Positions 1 to 8,756 of a stretch of DNA of 64,000 nt are shown piece by piece. Made by a program: the position numbers and the translations under genes. Source of the stretch: Chitinivibrionales bacterium. GTDB taxonomy: Bacteria > Fibrobacterota > Chitinivibrionia > Chitinivibrionales > WJKA01. Under the pieces are notes generated by a model. The model saw nothing but the letters and a program-made list of their open reading frames with translations, was not told where the DNA came from and did no database searches. Position 1 is the first letter of the stretch. Each line of letters opens with the position of its first letter. Location of the stretch: assembly GCA_038247415.1 (NCBI GenBank), contig JBBRUX010000004.1:1-64000 (forward strand). Reading direction: 5' to 3'.

Positions 1-540
1 GGTACCTTCACAGGTGCTACCAGCAGTAGAATCATCCCATGCACTTACGCTAACGCCACCTGCAGAAACCGACGAACCTAATCGTGCGCCCATTGAGCTT
101 GTGTAGGCGCCCATAATCTGGCTCCACAATTCGCCAATAGCATCGTTATGCTCTTCGCTATATTCTGCGCTACCATCTCCCATCATCATGAGATCTGAAA
201 AAAGTGCAACATCTTTTTTGCGCATTATTGCACGTAAATTACCGCTGAGTCCTCCGCTTAACGGAATAGTAATACACAGCGATTCTTCTCCCATTTTTTC
301 GTTAACTGCCGATTGATCTGCCTTAGCACACGTATCTATAGCAAACTCGATACTTTTACTCATGACAGTTAATAATACGGCTTTGGCTTGATCAAACAAC
401 ACCGCAAGAGCCATGGAAAGAGCATCGAAGTTTCTTCCCGCAGCTTGCGCTGAGCCCATATCCATGGGGAGGTCTACGCCACCAGGTGAGTTCTGATTAA
501 GAAGCTCATTTATTTGATCTTGTGTTAATAGGTCACTCAT
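1..540 (-). CDS. fliY: Flagellar motor switch protein FliY/FliN, CheC-like N-terminal part; runs off the window edge
   Basis: Not in the ORF track. Manual translation from the ATG at 540 gives MSDLLTQDQINELLNQ...LFSDLMMMGDGS...DAIGELWSQIMG, which has the CheY-binding peptide and a CheC-like motif. It overlaps the fliM stop and stays open to position 1. Confidence 0.8.
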   Translation of the reverse strand, partial: MSDLLTQDQINELLNQNSPGGVDLPMDMGSAQAAGRNFDALSMALAVLFDQAKAVLLTVMSKSIEFAIDTCAKADQSAVNEKMGEESLCITIPLSGGLSGNLRAIMRKKDVALFSDLMMMGDGSAEYSEEHNDAIGELWSQIMGAYTSSMGARLGSSVSAGGVSVSAWDDSTAGSTCEGT

Positions 541-1558
541 CGCTTCCTGGTACCTCCTTCTCAAGAATCTTCGTAACTTTGACCGCTTTTTTCCGGCCAA
601 TGAGTCCGGGCTTACCCGCCATTTTTGTTTTGCCGCCGACCTTGATAACAAGGTCGCTCGTGCTTGACTTATCAAGACACAATACATCCCCGCGTTGCAA
701 TTGGATGTAGTCGCGTATCGTTAATTTTGTTTGCCCAATAATGACATTTAACGGCAACGAATGTTCAAGGAGCTCGTGCTCGATAATCTGCCGTGTCTCG
801 AGGGTGCTGGTTGACTGAGAGCTCATCCACGATTCGCCAGAGAGCTTATTGATAACGCTTTCTAATGCCATATACGGAAAACACAAACTCATAAGGCCCG
901 AAGCATTCTGCATGCGAACCTCAAGCGAAATGAGAATTACGGTTTCACCCGGAGGCGCAATTTGAACGAATTGAGGATTTGTTTCGTAGGTTTCTACACG
1001 AGGAGAAAAAACGCCAAAATGCTCCCACACTTCTTTAAGATCATTAAGGCCACGTTCTACAATTCGTCGTATAACATTCTCTTCGATAAGCGTGAGTTCT
1101 CGATTTTGTTCGGAGGGGCGCCCTTGGCCACCAAAAAGCCTGTCGATAATAAAAAAGACCAGCGAAGGGTTAATTTCTATAATTGCATTGCCCTCGAGCG
1201 GCTCCATTTTAAAAACGTAAATACAACTTGGATTAGAAATCGACATGATAAATTCTGAATAAGTCAATTGGTCTACGCTCACAAGCTCAATTTCAACAAA
1301 GGTGCGTAAAAAGTTTGTCAGCGAAGTTGAAAATTGTCGCGCATATCCCTCATGAAGATTTTGAAGCGTGCGCATCTGATCTTTAGATACGCGATCGGGG
1401 CGGCGGAAGTCGTAGAGAGAAAGCGCTTTATCGGAATCGGCAACTGCTACAGGTTCCGGATTTGCACTTCGTTCAAAGGGCGCAGGCTCGGAATCCCCAC
1501 CCGATGAAACTGCGGCAAGCAAAGCATCTACTTCATCTTGTGATAATATGTCACTCAC
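533..1558 (-). CDS. fliM: Flagellar motor switch protein FliM
   Basis: MSDILSQDEVDALL, YDFRRPDRVSKDQ, ETNPQFVQI and a C-terminal SpoA domain. Confidence 0.97.
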   Translation of the reverse strand: MSDILSQDEVDALLAAVSSGGDSEPAPFERSANPEPVAVADSDKALSLYDFRRPDRVSKDQMRTLQNLHEGYARQFSTSLTNFLRTFVEIELVSVDQLTYSEFIMSISNPSCIYVFKMEPLEGNAIIEINPSLVFFIIDRLFGGQGRPSEQNRELTLIEENVIRRIVERGLNDLKEVWEHFGVFSPRVETYETNPQFVQIAPPGETVILISLEVRMQNASGLMSLCFPYMALESVINKLSGESWMSSQSTSTLETRQIIEHELLEHSLPLNVIIGQTKLTIRDYIQLQRGDVLCLDKSSTSDLVIKVGGKTKMAGKPGLIGRKKAVKVTKILEKEVPGSDE

Positions 1559-1570
1559 ACAAGCCGCCTC

Positions 1571-2275
1571 TTACTGAATGATGAACATGTCAATGTACAC
1601 GTTTGTAATTTCCAAATGCATATGTTTGGGTACTACACTGTTAAGCCGATGCATAAATTCTTTGCGAATTTTATCGCGGGCATCGGGTTCAGAAAGTTCA
1701 CTAAGGGTCATTTGGGAAACAACATCAATGAGAATATCTTTGGCTTTTGGCTCAAGAGGATCAAGTGGCCCTCCCCCTCCCCCATGGCCTCCACCCCCTC
1801 CAGATTTTTTTCCTGATACTTTGAATGCTGGTTTTACTGCAATTTTAAGTACCCTATCCCCATTTGTACCAGCGATATTGCACACTGCCTCAATTGGTTT
1901 TTTGGGGAATTCTTCCTCGCCGGATTCGTGACTGCCCTTTTTTTCCGATTCCTTTTTACCCTCTTTCTCTGCCCCATCGTGAGTTGCGGATTCGGATGCT
2001 TTTTCTTCTCCACCTTGTTCAATTTCTTTTCCACCCTCACCAGATTCTTCAGATTTTACTGAATCAGCTGTTGTAGCCTGATCAGGCGCTTGTTTAGGCG
2101 GTTTCATTGATGCAGCCATGATGATGACAACCAGTAAATTGACAACAACAATTCCCCCAATAATCGCGAGAAAAAGGATATTGGGAGGCAGCGGGCCACC
2201 GTTAGCTTTAGCGGCGCCAGATGGAGCTTTGTCGTCTGTTTTTTTTGCTTTGTCTTTGTCTTTTTCTTCGGCCAT
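1571..2275 (-). CDS. fliL: Flagellar basal body-associated protein FliL
   Basis: One N-terminal TM helix, a charged linker, and a C-terminal FliL domain (CNIAG...ITNVYIDMFIIQ); lies immediately upstream of fliM. Confidence 0.85.
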   Translation of the reverse strand: MAEEKDKDKAKKTDDKAPSGAAKANGGPLPPNILFLAIIGGIVVVNLLVVIIMAASMKPPKQAPDQATTADSVKSEESGEGGKEIEQGGEEKASESATHDGAEKEGKKESEKKGSHESGEEEFPKKPIEAVCNIAGTNGDRVLKIAVKPAFKVSGKKSGGGGGHGGGGGPLDPLEPKAKDILIDVVSQMTLSELSEPDARDKIRKEFMHRLNSVVPKHMHLEITNVYIDMFIIQ

Positions 2276-2303
2276 ACTATCCTCCGCAATGTCCAGAAAG
2301 AAT

Positions 2304-2540
2304 CTAGTCCGCCTTCAACGAATCTGTCAAGGGCGGAACCGAATTGATTATAGTTACTGTTTGATTGCACATCTGTTTGAAATGAATAACTTTTTGTACA
2401 ATCTCCTCGAGAGAATTTCGCACCATAATTTTTTTCCCCGTTGTTAATAAAACTACGGTGTCGGGCGTAGATTCAAGCGATTCGATATATTCCGCATTCA
2501 AAACAAACTCTGCATTATTGAGTCGTCTCAGCGTTATCAT
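2304..2540 (-). CDS. flbD: Flagellar protein FlbD (SwrD family)
   Basis: MITLRRLNNAEFVLNAEYIESLESTPDTVVLLTTGKK matches the FlbD signature; start placed at the ATG at 2540. Confidence 0.93.
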   Translation of the reverse strand: MITLRRLNNAEFVLNAEYIESLESTPDTVVLLTTGKKIMVRNSLEEIVQKVIHFKQMCNQTVTIINSVPPLTDSLKAD

Positions 2541-2586
2541 GCCATTCCCTATCATAGGCTTAGATGGATGATTCAGATTACAATCA

Positions 2587-2616
2587 ATTTTACCAACCTT
2601 GCCTAATTAGAGTCAA
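2587..2616 (-). promoter_or_regulatory. Possible internal sigma70-type promoter for flbD-fliL-fliM-fliY
   Basis: Minus strand reads TTGACT-N18-TAAAAT in the flgE-flbD gap, next to the palindrome TAATCGACT-N7-AGTCGATTA (2622-2646). Confidence 0.4.
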
Positions 2617-2681
2617 CAAGATAATCGACTGATTTTAAGTCGATTACAGAAACTAAGGCCCTAGCCGCCGGGCCCAATTAT

Positions 2682-4808
2682 TTACCTGATTAGCTGAACC
2701 AGTTCCTGAAGCATCTGGTCACTGGTTGTTATAACACGAGCATTCGCCTGATATCCACGTTGGGTGGTGATCATATTGGTAAATTCGGTTGCTAATTCTA
2801 CATTTGACATTTCGAGCGCACCGGGTTTTACCTTAGTTGTTGTGCCAACTCCAGCGCGTAACAATACTGCTTCACCCGAATTATTGGATTGAGCAAACAT
2901 GCTATCACCCCGCTTCATAAGACCTGCTGCATTATTAAATTCTGCAAGATAAATGCGTGCGATAGATTTGCTAATACCATTTGAATAAATTCCCTGAACT
3001 TCACCGTATTCATCGATAGAGATCTCTTCGAGTTTTCCCATTGGATAACCATCTTGATAACGAGCTGCGGTCGTTGATGGCGAACGGAACTGCGTAATTC
3101 CTTCGAAAGACCCTGGTGATCCCCCATCTAAGCGAACCGAAACTTCGTTTGACCCGTTCATAGGATCAAATCGTAGCGACGTAGAATTATCATCGAATGT
3201 AAACGATGATGGCGATCCATCTTGGCCAAAGGTTATCCGCCCTGTGCTTCCACCAAGGATCTGTTCTCCACCTTCCATAGCAATATCCCACAACCAGACT
3301 CCGGGTTGACCAGAGTGCGTAAAGGTAGTAGTCATGACATGAGCATCACCCGACTGATCGTATACCGTAATTGACGTTGAGTGCTGTGCAGTGTCACGTG
3401 CCTGCTGAATAGCAGTGCTAACCACGTTCGAATTAAATCGTGTTGGTGAAGGTGACGTTGTATTGCTATCATTTGCCGTGATTGAAATATTATTGAGCGA
3501 AAATGCCTTCTCTTGTTGTCCACGAATTGCAATTGACCCATCGGGAATTCTATCATCAGGCGTATCGGCTTGATTCATAGAAACCGAGGGATTATTGCGA
3601 ACCGTACCGTCGGTAGGAGGAAGGTTAAAGGTCGACTGAATTGCATCCAGAAGATCCTGCATGGTAGTAACTGTATTTACACCAGGCAGGGTACTATACA
3701 CCCGCGATTGCGTTGTTATCGGGCGACCACCCACTTCCCCATTCACACTAACCACATCACCATTTTCTAGCCCAAGCGTATTACCGCTCTGATCATATAC
3801 ATTTGCAAGGTTATCGGTTGCAGTTGCAGGTGAGCGTAATTCACCAGAATTAGCTCCAAGCGCATTAGTGGTAGGAATACTCGATCCCCACGAGAACGCA
3901 TTACTTACATATGAATTGGATCCAGGACGATTACTTGACACCTGCAAGCCATTTACCGAAGATCCCGTTGCAGTATTGACATTAATGCTTCCGGTAACAG
4001 GATCAAAGGTAACGGTATTATTTGGATTTCCACCTACGGGATCCTGCACCACACCGCGAACTGCTGCAATGATATCATCAAGCGTTGTGGTATCGGTAAC
4101 TGTCAATCGTGTGGGCGTGGCATTTTGAGCTTGCACGGTAATAACATCCCCTGCACGAATACCAAGACTATTGCCAGCCGAATCAAAGAGGGCTGTTGCG
4201 GTATCCGTAGGCGCATTGGCAACTGCGATAAACCGGTTGGTATGCGCAACAGTACCAAGACCTTCCGAATCGGAATCGAGGTTACAGCCATACCGAACTT
4301 CTGTAGTAGTTTTTGCGGGAGCTTTTTCTCCATACGGAACTCGTAGATCACCTATCCGCGTTCCCGCAGGATACGTTCCATCACTGGCTGCCATCATGCC
4401 TTGCAATACAAAACCATTGGTAGGAGAAACAAGCTTGCCATTGCTGTCCATTTGTAAAGCACCATTACGGCTATAATTATTTCCGGTGCCGTTAGAAAAG
4501 GCAAAATAAGCATTACCTTCGAGCGCAAGATCGGTAATTTTTCCGGTTGCTTGCATATTGCCCTGGGTTTGCATTGTATCGATGGAACCTACTGCAACGC
4601 CAAGTCCTATTTGCAAAGGGTTTGTTCCACCGGCATTCCCTGGAGGACGCGAAGACCCACGAAGTAATTGAGCCATGGATTCTTTAAACATGACCCGGCC
4701 AGCTTTAAAGCCCGTAGTGTTAACATTGGCAATGTTATTGCCCGCGACATCCATTCCAACCTGATGCACGCGCAATCCGCTAATGCCGTCATAGAGTGAC
4801 CGTACCAT
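2682..4808 (-). CDS. flgE: Flagellar hook protein FlgE, enlarged (~708 aa)
   Basis: MVRSLYDGISGL...GNNIANVNTTGFK, DLALEGNAYF and C-terminal LEMSNVELATEFTNMITTQRGYQANARVI. A GAGGA RBS precedes the ATG at 4808. Confidence 0.96.
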   Translation of the reverse strand: MVRSLYDGISGLRVHQVGMDVAGNNIANVNTTGFKAGRVMFKESMAQLLRGSSRPPGNAGGTNPLQIGLGVAVGSIDTMQTQGNMQATGKITDLALEGNAYFAFSNGTGNNYSRNGALQMDSNGKLVSPTNGFVLQGMMAASDGTYPAGTRIGDLRVPYGEKAPAKTTTEVRYGCNLDSDSEGLGTVAHTNRFIAVANAPTDTATALFDSAGNSLGIRAGDVITVQAQNATPTRLTVTDTTTLDDIIAAVRGVVQDPVGGNPNNTVTFDPVTGSINVNTATGSSVNGLQVSSNRPGSNSYVSNAFSWGSSIPTTNALGANSGELRSPATATDNLANVYDQSGNTLGLENGDVVSVNGEVGGRPITTQSRVYSTLPGVNTVTTMQDLLDAIQSTFNLPPTDGTVRNNPSVSMNQADTPDDRIPDGSIAIRGQQEKAFSLNNISITANDSNTTSPSPTRFNSNVVSTAIQQARDTAQHSTSITVYDQSGDAHVMTTTFTHSGQPGVWLWDIAMEGGEQILGGSTGRITFGQDGSPSSFTFDDNSTSLRFDPMNGSNEVSVRLDGGSPGSFEGITQFRSPSTTAARYQDGYPMGKLEEISIDEYGEVQGIYSNGISKSIARIYLAEFNNAAGLMKRGDSMFAQSNNSGEAVLLRAGVGTTTKVKPGALEMSNVELATEFTNMITTQRGYQANARVITTSDQMLQELVQLIR

Positions 4809-4937
4809 GGAATCCTCCTCTGTTGCAGTTAGAGATGCTGAATCGATACTTCGAAACAGCATCTGAGTTTGCCAAGTTGTAAAACAGCGGTTCCATCCAT
4901 GAACCTACACGCTATCCATAGTAAACGTTATGTAACC

Positions 4938-6170
4938 TTACGTCGTCGCAATCTCAACAATTTTTGATACCGGAATCAGCTGAGTACCAACACGAACCTG
5001 GGTACTCCCAGAAATCGTAGTAACCCCTTTTACAACCCCTTCGGTATACGAGTAGGCGCCAAAACTTTGGGCATTAGAATCGAGCTGGATCGAATAGCTG
5101 CCTGCGGGAGAAAAATCGACCCCATTGTGCACCCGACCATCCCACGAAAGAGACCCCCTGCCCTGATCATCTATAGCAACAGGCAATTGCGCTACAACAT
5201 TTCCTTTTGAATCTATGATACTTGCGCTTGCGCGTGTCAATCCATTTAAGTCGATATCGAAATGAGCAACTTCATTTTCCTTGGCTCCATACGAGAATGT
5301 CTCATTGCGTGTGCGTACTGTTTTTCCCAATAATGCCACCGATGAAGCAGCCGAAGATGAATCGCCACCATTTGATGCTGTTCCCGCAACTCCCGCTACG
5401 TCCATAATATTAGTGGCCGGAATTTCTTTTCCCCCAACCTTAACTAAGGCAGAATCCCCGCTGAACCTAATCCCGCTTACAACATCCTGTACAAAAGCAT
5501 AGAGCATTGTTGACTTAGGATCATCAGGAAATCCTATCGAATACACACCCGTTTTAGCAGATTCGCCACTATCAGTAGATCCATCCCAAACAACAACTGA
5601 ATTATTTTCGGCATCTTTATTACCAGCATCCAGCGTTTTAATAACCTTACCTTCACTATCAAGAATTGAAACAGGCGCACTGCTTCGATCTCCCAAATGC
5701 ACTTGAATCGTTGCATTTTTATCGACCGTTGGATAATAATTAATAGACGTCTGCTTTAAACGAACCTCTTTGCCTATGAGCCCAACGGATGTCGCATTTG
5801 TCATAGCTAGGGCACTGGATCTTTGTGCATCTACGGTACCCTTAAAAGAATCTTGTAATCCGGTTAGCGCAGTCTGAATGTTATTGCTACTTTCGATCGA
5901 CTGCAATTGCGCCATTTGCGTAAGCATTGCAGCATTATCCATAGGCGAAAGCGGATCTTGATTTTGAAGCTGGGTTATTAAAAGTCTTAGGAAATCATCC
6001 TTTTTAACCCCATTGGGGCCTTTAGAAAAAAGCCCAGATTTCTGATCGCCTTCTACTACTGATGATGAAGCATCTACGCCGCCATCCTTAATAGATGCTG
6101 ATACTTTGTATGCCTCTGGGGTTGACCCCATAAGATTAGTAAGAGAGCTGCTTATTAGTGATGTTGCCAT
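4938..6170 (-). CDS. flgD: Flagellar hook capping protein FlgD with a duplicated C-terminal module
   Basis: DDFLRLLITQLQNQDPLSPMDN signature plus two WDG...G.Y Ig-like motifs. Confidence 0.93.
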   Translation of the reverse strand: MATSLISSSLTNLMGSTPEAYKVSASIKDGGVDASSSVVEGDQKSGLFSKGPNGVKKDDFLRLLITQLQNQDPLSPMDNAAMLTQMAQLQSIESSNNIQTALTGLQDSFKGTVDAQRSSALAMTNATSVGLIGKEVRLKQTSINYYPTVDKNATIQVHLGDRSSAPVSILDSEGKVIKTLDAGNKDAENNSVVVWDGSTDSGESAKTGVYSIGFPDDPKSTMLYAFVQDVVSGIRFSGDSALVKVGGKEIPATNIMDVAGVAGTASNGGDSSSAASSVALLGKTVRTRNETFSYGAKENEVAHFDIDLNGLTRASASIIDSKGNVVAQLPVAIDDQGRGSLSWDGRVHNGVDFSPAGSYSIQLDSNAQSFGAYSYTEGVVKGVTTISGSTQVRVGTQLIPVSKIVEIATT

Positions 6171-6188
6171 ACTTTTTCCTTATGTTGA

Positions 6189-7811
6189 CTATGCAAAAAA
6201 TTCTACAGAATTTGATCCATAACGTCGACCTGTTTCAACGCTCGAAATTAACGTTGATGAATCTATCAAACTCGATTCGCCGTCTTTAAGCGATTCTGCG
6301 TTGTTATGATCTCGATGCATTTGAGCCCATTCATCGGCTGCATCTTGATTGGCGCCATGCTGTCCGACACTCACATCGAGTGTTGCGGTTTGCAAATTAT
6401 GCTGTGCAAGGGCGTCTTTAAGTATTTGGGCATTATTCTCTATAATTTGTTTGACCTGTTGATTCTCTACATGCATGCGTGCAGTAACAATGTCTCCATG
6501 AATTTGTATTTTTATTTGCACTTCACCCATTGCTTCGGGTTTGAGCGTTAGTCGCATTTCATGCACGCCGGTGCGCAGCGCACCCTGCATTTTATCAACG
6601 ATTTGAGTAACAATCACGCCTTCGTTTGGTATAGGAATATGCATAACAGGCTTTGATACTGCAAAAGTCATTTTGGTTTCTACTTGACGCTCTACCATAG
6701 TAACCAAAACAGGATCGGTTTTAATTTCCCCTGGATTCTGAGCAGTTTTTATAGCCGTTTTAGTGTCGAGTTCTCCCGCACTCAAAATGAGTGATGTCGA
6801 ATCTTTGGCTTCCCCGTTTTGTTCTTGAGTACCTTTAATTGCATGGACCATTTTGAGCAGCTTTACAGATTCGGTATCTGATAGGAGAGCTACTGCTGAG
6901 TCAAGTTTTTGGCTATCGGTAGTGGGGCTAACAATTTCTGAAGCTGCATTTTTAATGAGTGCGGCCTTTTGACGAAACACCGCAAGAAGTTCTTTAACCG
7001 TCTCTTTTGTTGCAGTCTCTTCGGCATTGGTACTTGTTTTCATAAGCACCTTAATATCAACACTGGACATTTCTTTGCTCGCCGGATTTTGCGCAAAGGG
7101 AAGGTTTGTTGCAAGCACAGAAGCATCTGCTTCTTCTGAGGTAAGATTCTTGGAGATCCCCACCATTTGTAATGCAACTTCAATTTTAAAAGTTGCCACT
7201 CTCACGGTTTGTTGAGCAGCAATAATTTGTGTTCCTTGTAAAGACGCATCTTTAAGGTCTACCGGGGTATTTGTTTGTGCTGCCTGCGCTAACGCATGCA
7301 TAATATTTTTAAGCGTAGTCAGTATTTCTGAAAATTGCTTGACTACATCTGCATTTTCTGGGTCAAGCTGCATTCCCTCTATTCCTGCTGGTAATTGCAT
7401 GCCAAGCGTTTGAGAAATGGCTGTAAGGGCATCCTGAATCATTAGAGTTGCTTCATCAGAATGTGCTTTCGAAAGCATATCGAGCCCATCACGCAGTGTA
7501 TGCTCATCGGGCTTTTGCGGCAAAGGACTATCATGTGCTTCGATCGAATCGTTTTCCTTGACAGGAGCTGCAGTTACTTTTGTATTGTTCACATGAGTTG
7601 TCTGATTGCTTGCACATTTATTGGTTCGCGCTACTTCTTGATACAAATCTTTAAAAGCTACTTTTTGAATTATGCGCAAACTGCCCTGTGGCCGTGGTGT
7701 TCCTTGTTGAGATACTGAATGAGTAATGTCGACCACTTTTTGCGAAAGTCGAACACTTTTAAGCGGTGCAAAAAGGCTTTTAATAGAGGTTGGACATTGT
7801 GGTGTAATCAT
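6189..7811 (-). CDS. fliK: Flagellar hook-length control protein FliK
   Basis: Low-complexity N-terminus and C-terminal EMRLTLKPEAMGEVQIKI...LKDALAQHNL; upstream of flgD. Confidence 0.9.
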   Translation of the reverse strand: MITPQCPTSIKSLFAPLKSVRLSQKVVDITHSVSQQGTPRPQGSLRIIQKVAFKDLYQEVARTNKCASNQTTHVNNTKVTAAPVKENDSIEAHDSPLPQKPDEHTLRDGLDMLSKAHSDEATLMIQDALTAISQTLGMQLPAGIEGMQLDPENADVVKQFSEILTTLKNIMHALAQAAQTNTPVDLKDASLQGTQIIAAQQTVRVATFKIEVALQMVGISKNLTSEEADASVLATNLPFAQNPASKEMSSVDIKVLMKTSTNAEETATKETVKELLAVFRQKAALIKNAASEIVSPTTDSQKLDSAVALLSDTESVKLLKMVHAIKGTQEQNGEAKDSTSLILSAGELDTKTAIKTAQNPGEIKTDPVLVTMVERQVETKMTFAVSKPVMHIPIPNEGVIVTQIVDKMQGALRTGVHEMRLTLKPEAMGEVQIKIQIHGDIVTARMHVENQQVKQIIENNAQILKDALAQHNLQTATLDVSVGQHGANQDAADEWAQMHRDHNNAESLKDGESSLIDSSTLISSVETGRRYGSNSVEFFA

Positions 7812-7834
7812 ACGTAATCCTTTGAATGCAACCT

Positions 7835-8419
7835 TTACCGAGATGACAATTTACCCATTTGAGTACTTACTGCTGCTGCTTTTTCTTTAGACAATGCTCC
7901 CAAAATCTTTGCCTTTTGTCTATCATCAGAAATATTCATGAGTATCTTGGTCAAAAGCTTATCATCAAGGGTTTCAAGAATCTGGGCAGCTTCTGCTGCT
8001 CGCATTGTTCCATATACTTTGGCCAATTGTTTAATTTTTTTGTCTTCAAGCGCTTTGTTCGTATCCACCGTTACTTCGATCTCTTTTTTCTTGAGAGCAA
8101 GCTCCTGTCCCGACTTGTCCATTTCGTCTTTGAGCAATGCTATTCTTTGTTCTTCTTGAGCCAAATGTTTGCGCTCTTCTTGTAATTCTGCTTGCTGCTG
8201 CTGCAACGCTCTAAAGGTTGAACTTTGTGACATAACAAGGGAATCTTTTTGCTGCTTCTGTTTTAACAAACCAAATACTGCTTGCTCGCGCGCCGCAGAA
8301 TTTTCTGGTACATTATAAACAACCTTCAAATTGCCTTTCATGATAAGCATCGAGACATACATTACCGGAAAGGTAACTAATGCAACAATCGCAAGAATAA
8401 TAATGTGGCTCATTTTCAT
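7835..8419 (-). CDS. MotE/FlbB-like flagellar protein (TM helix, coiled coil, MgtE_N-like domain)
   Basis: N-terminal TM, a coiled coil, and LAKVYGTMRAAEAAQILETL...AKILGAL; sits upstream of fliK. Confidence 0.75.
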   Translation of the reverse strand: MKMSHIIILAIVALVTFPVMYVSMLIMKGNLKVVYNVPENSAAREQAVFGLLKQKQQKDSLVMSQSSTFRALQQQQAELQEERKHLAQEEQRIALLKDEMDKSGQELALKKKEIEVTVDTNKALEDKKIKQLAKVYGTMRAAEAAQILETLDDKLLTKILMNISDDRQKAKILGALSKEKAAAVSTQMGKLSSR

Positions 8420-8451
8420 ACAATTCCTCACCTTTCACACCAGATTGAAAT

Positions 8452-8467
8452 AGCAATGCCTATGCCA
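8452..8467 (-). promoter_or_regulatory. Sigma54 (RpoN) -24/-12 promoter of the flagellar hook operon
   Basis: Minus strand reads TGGCATAGGCATTGCT, matching TGGCAC-N5-TTGCW with exact GG-N10-GC spacing, ~30 nt upstream of the first gene. Confidence 0.8.
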
Positions 8468-8756
8468 GTAAATTATGTAAGATATGATACCGTTATATTT
8501 GCTTAAAATACAAGGGATTAAGAGTTTTTTAAGAACGTCACTGTCCTGTAATTGTTCGCTCTTATGCACGGCAGTAAATACCTAAGCTGGAAGAAAATTC
8601 CGTTGAAAACACTTTGATAATGGGTCAGTAATATGAGCGATGCACAGGAAGAACAAACTAAAAAGCGCAACGAACTACAAAAAACGAGCACCACGTTGTG
8701 ATACTTTGAGTTTTTAAAGTGGGAAATTTAGAAGAATATAAAAAAGGTTCTAAGGG

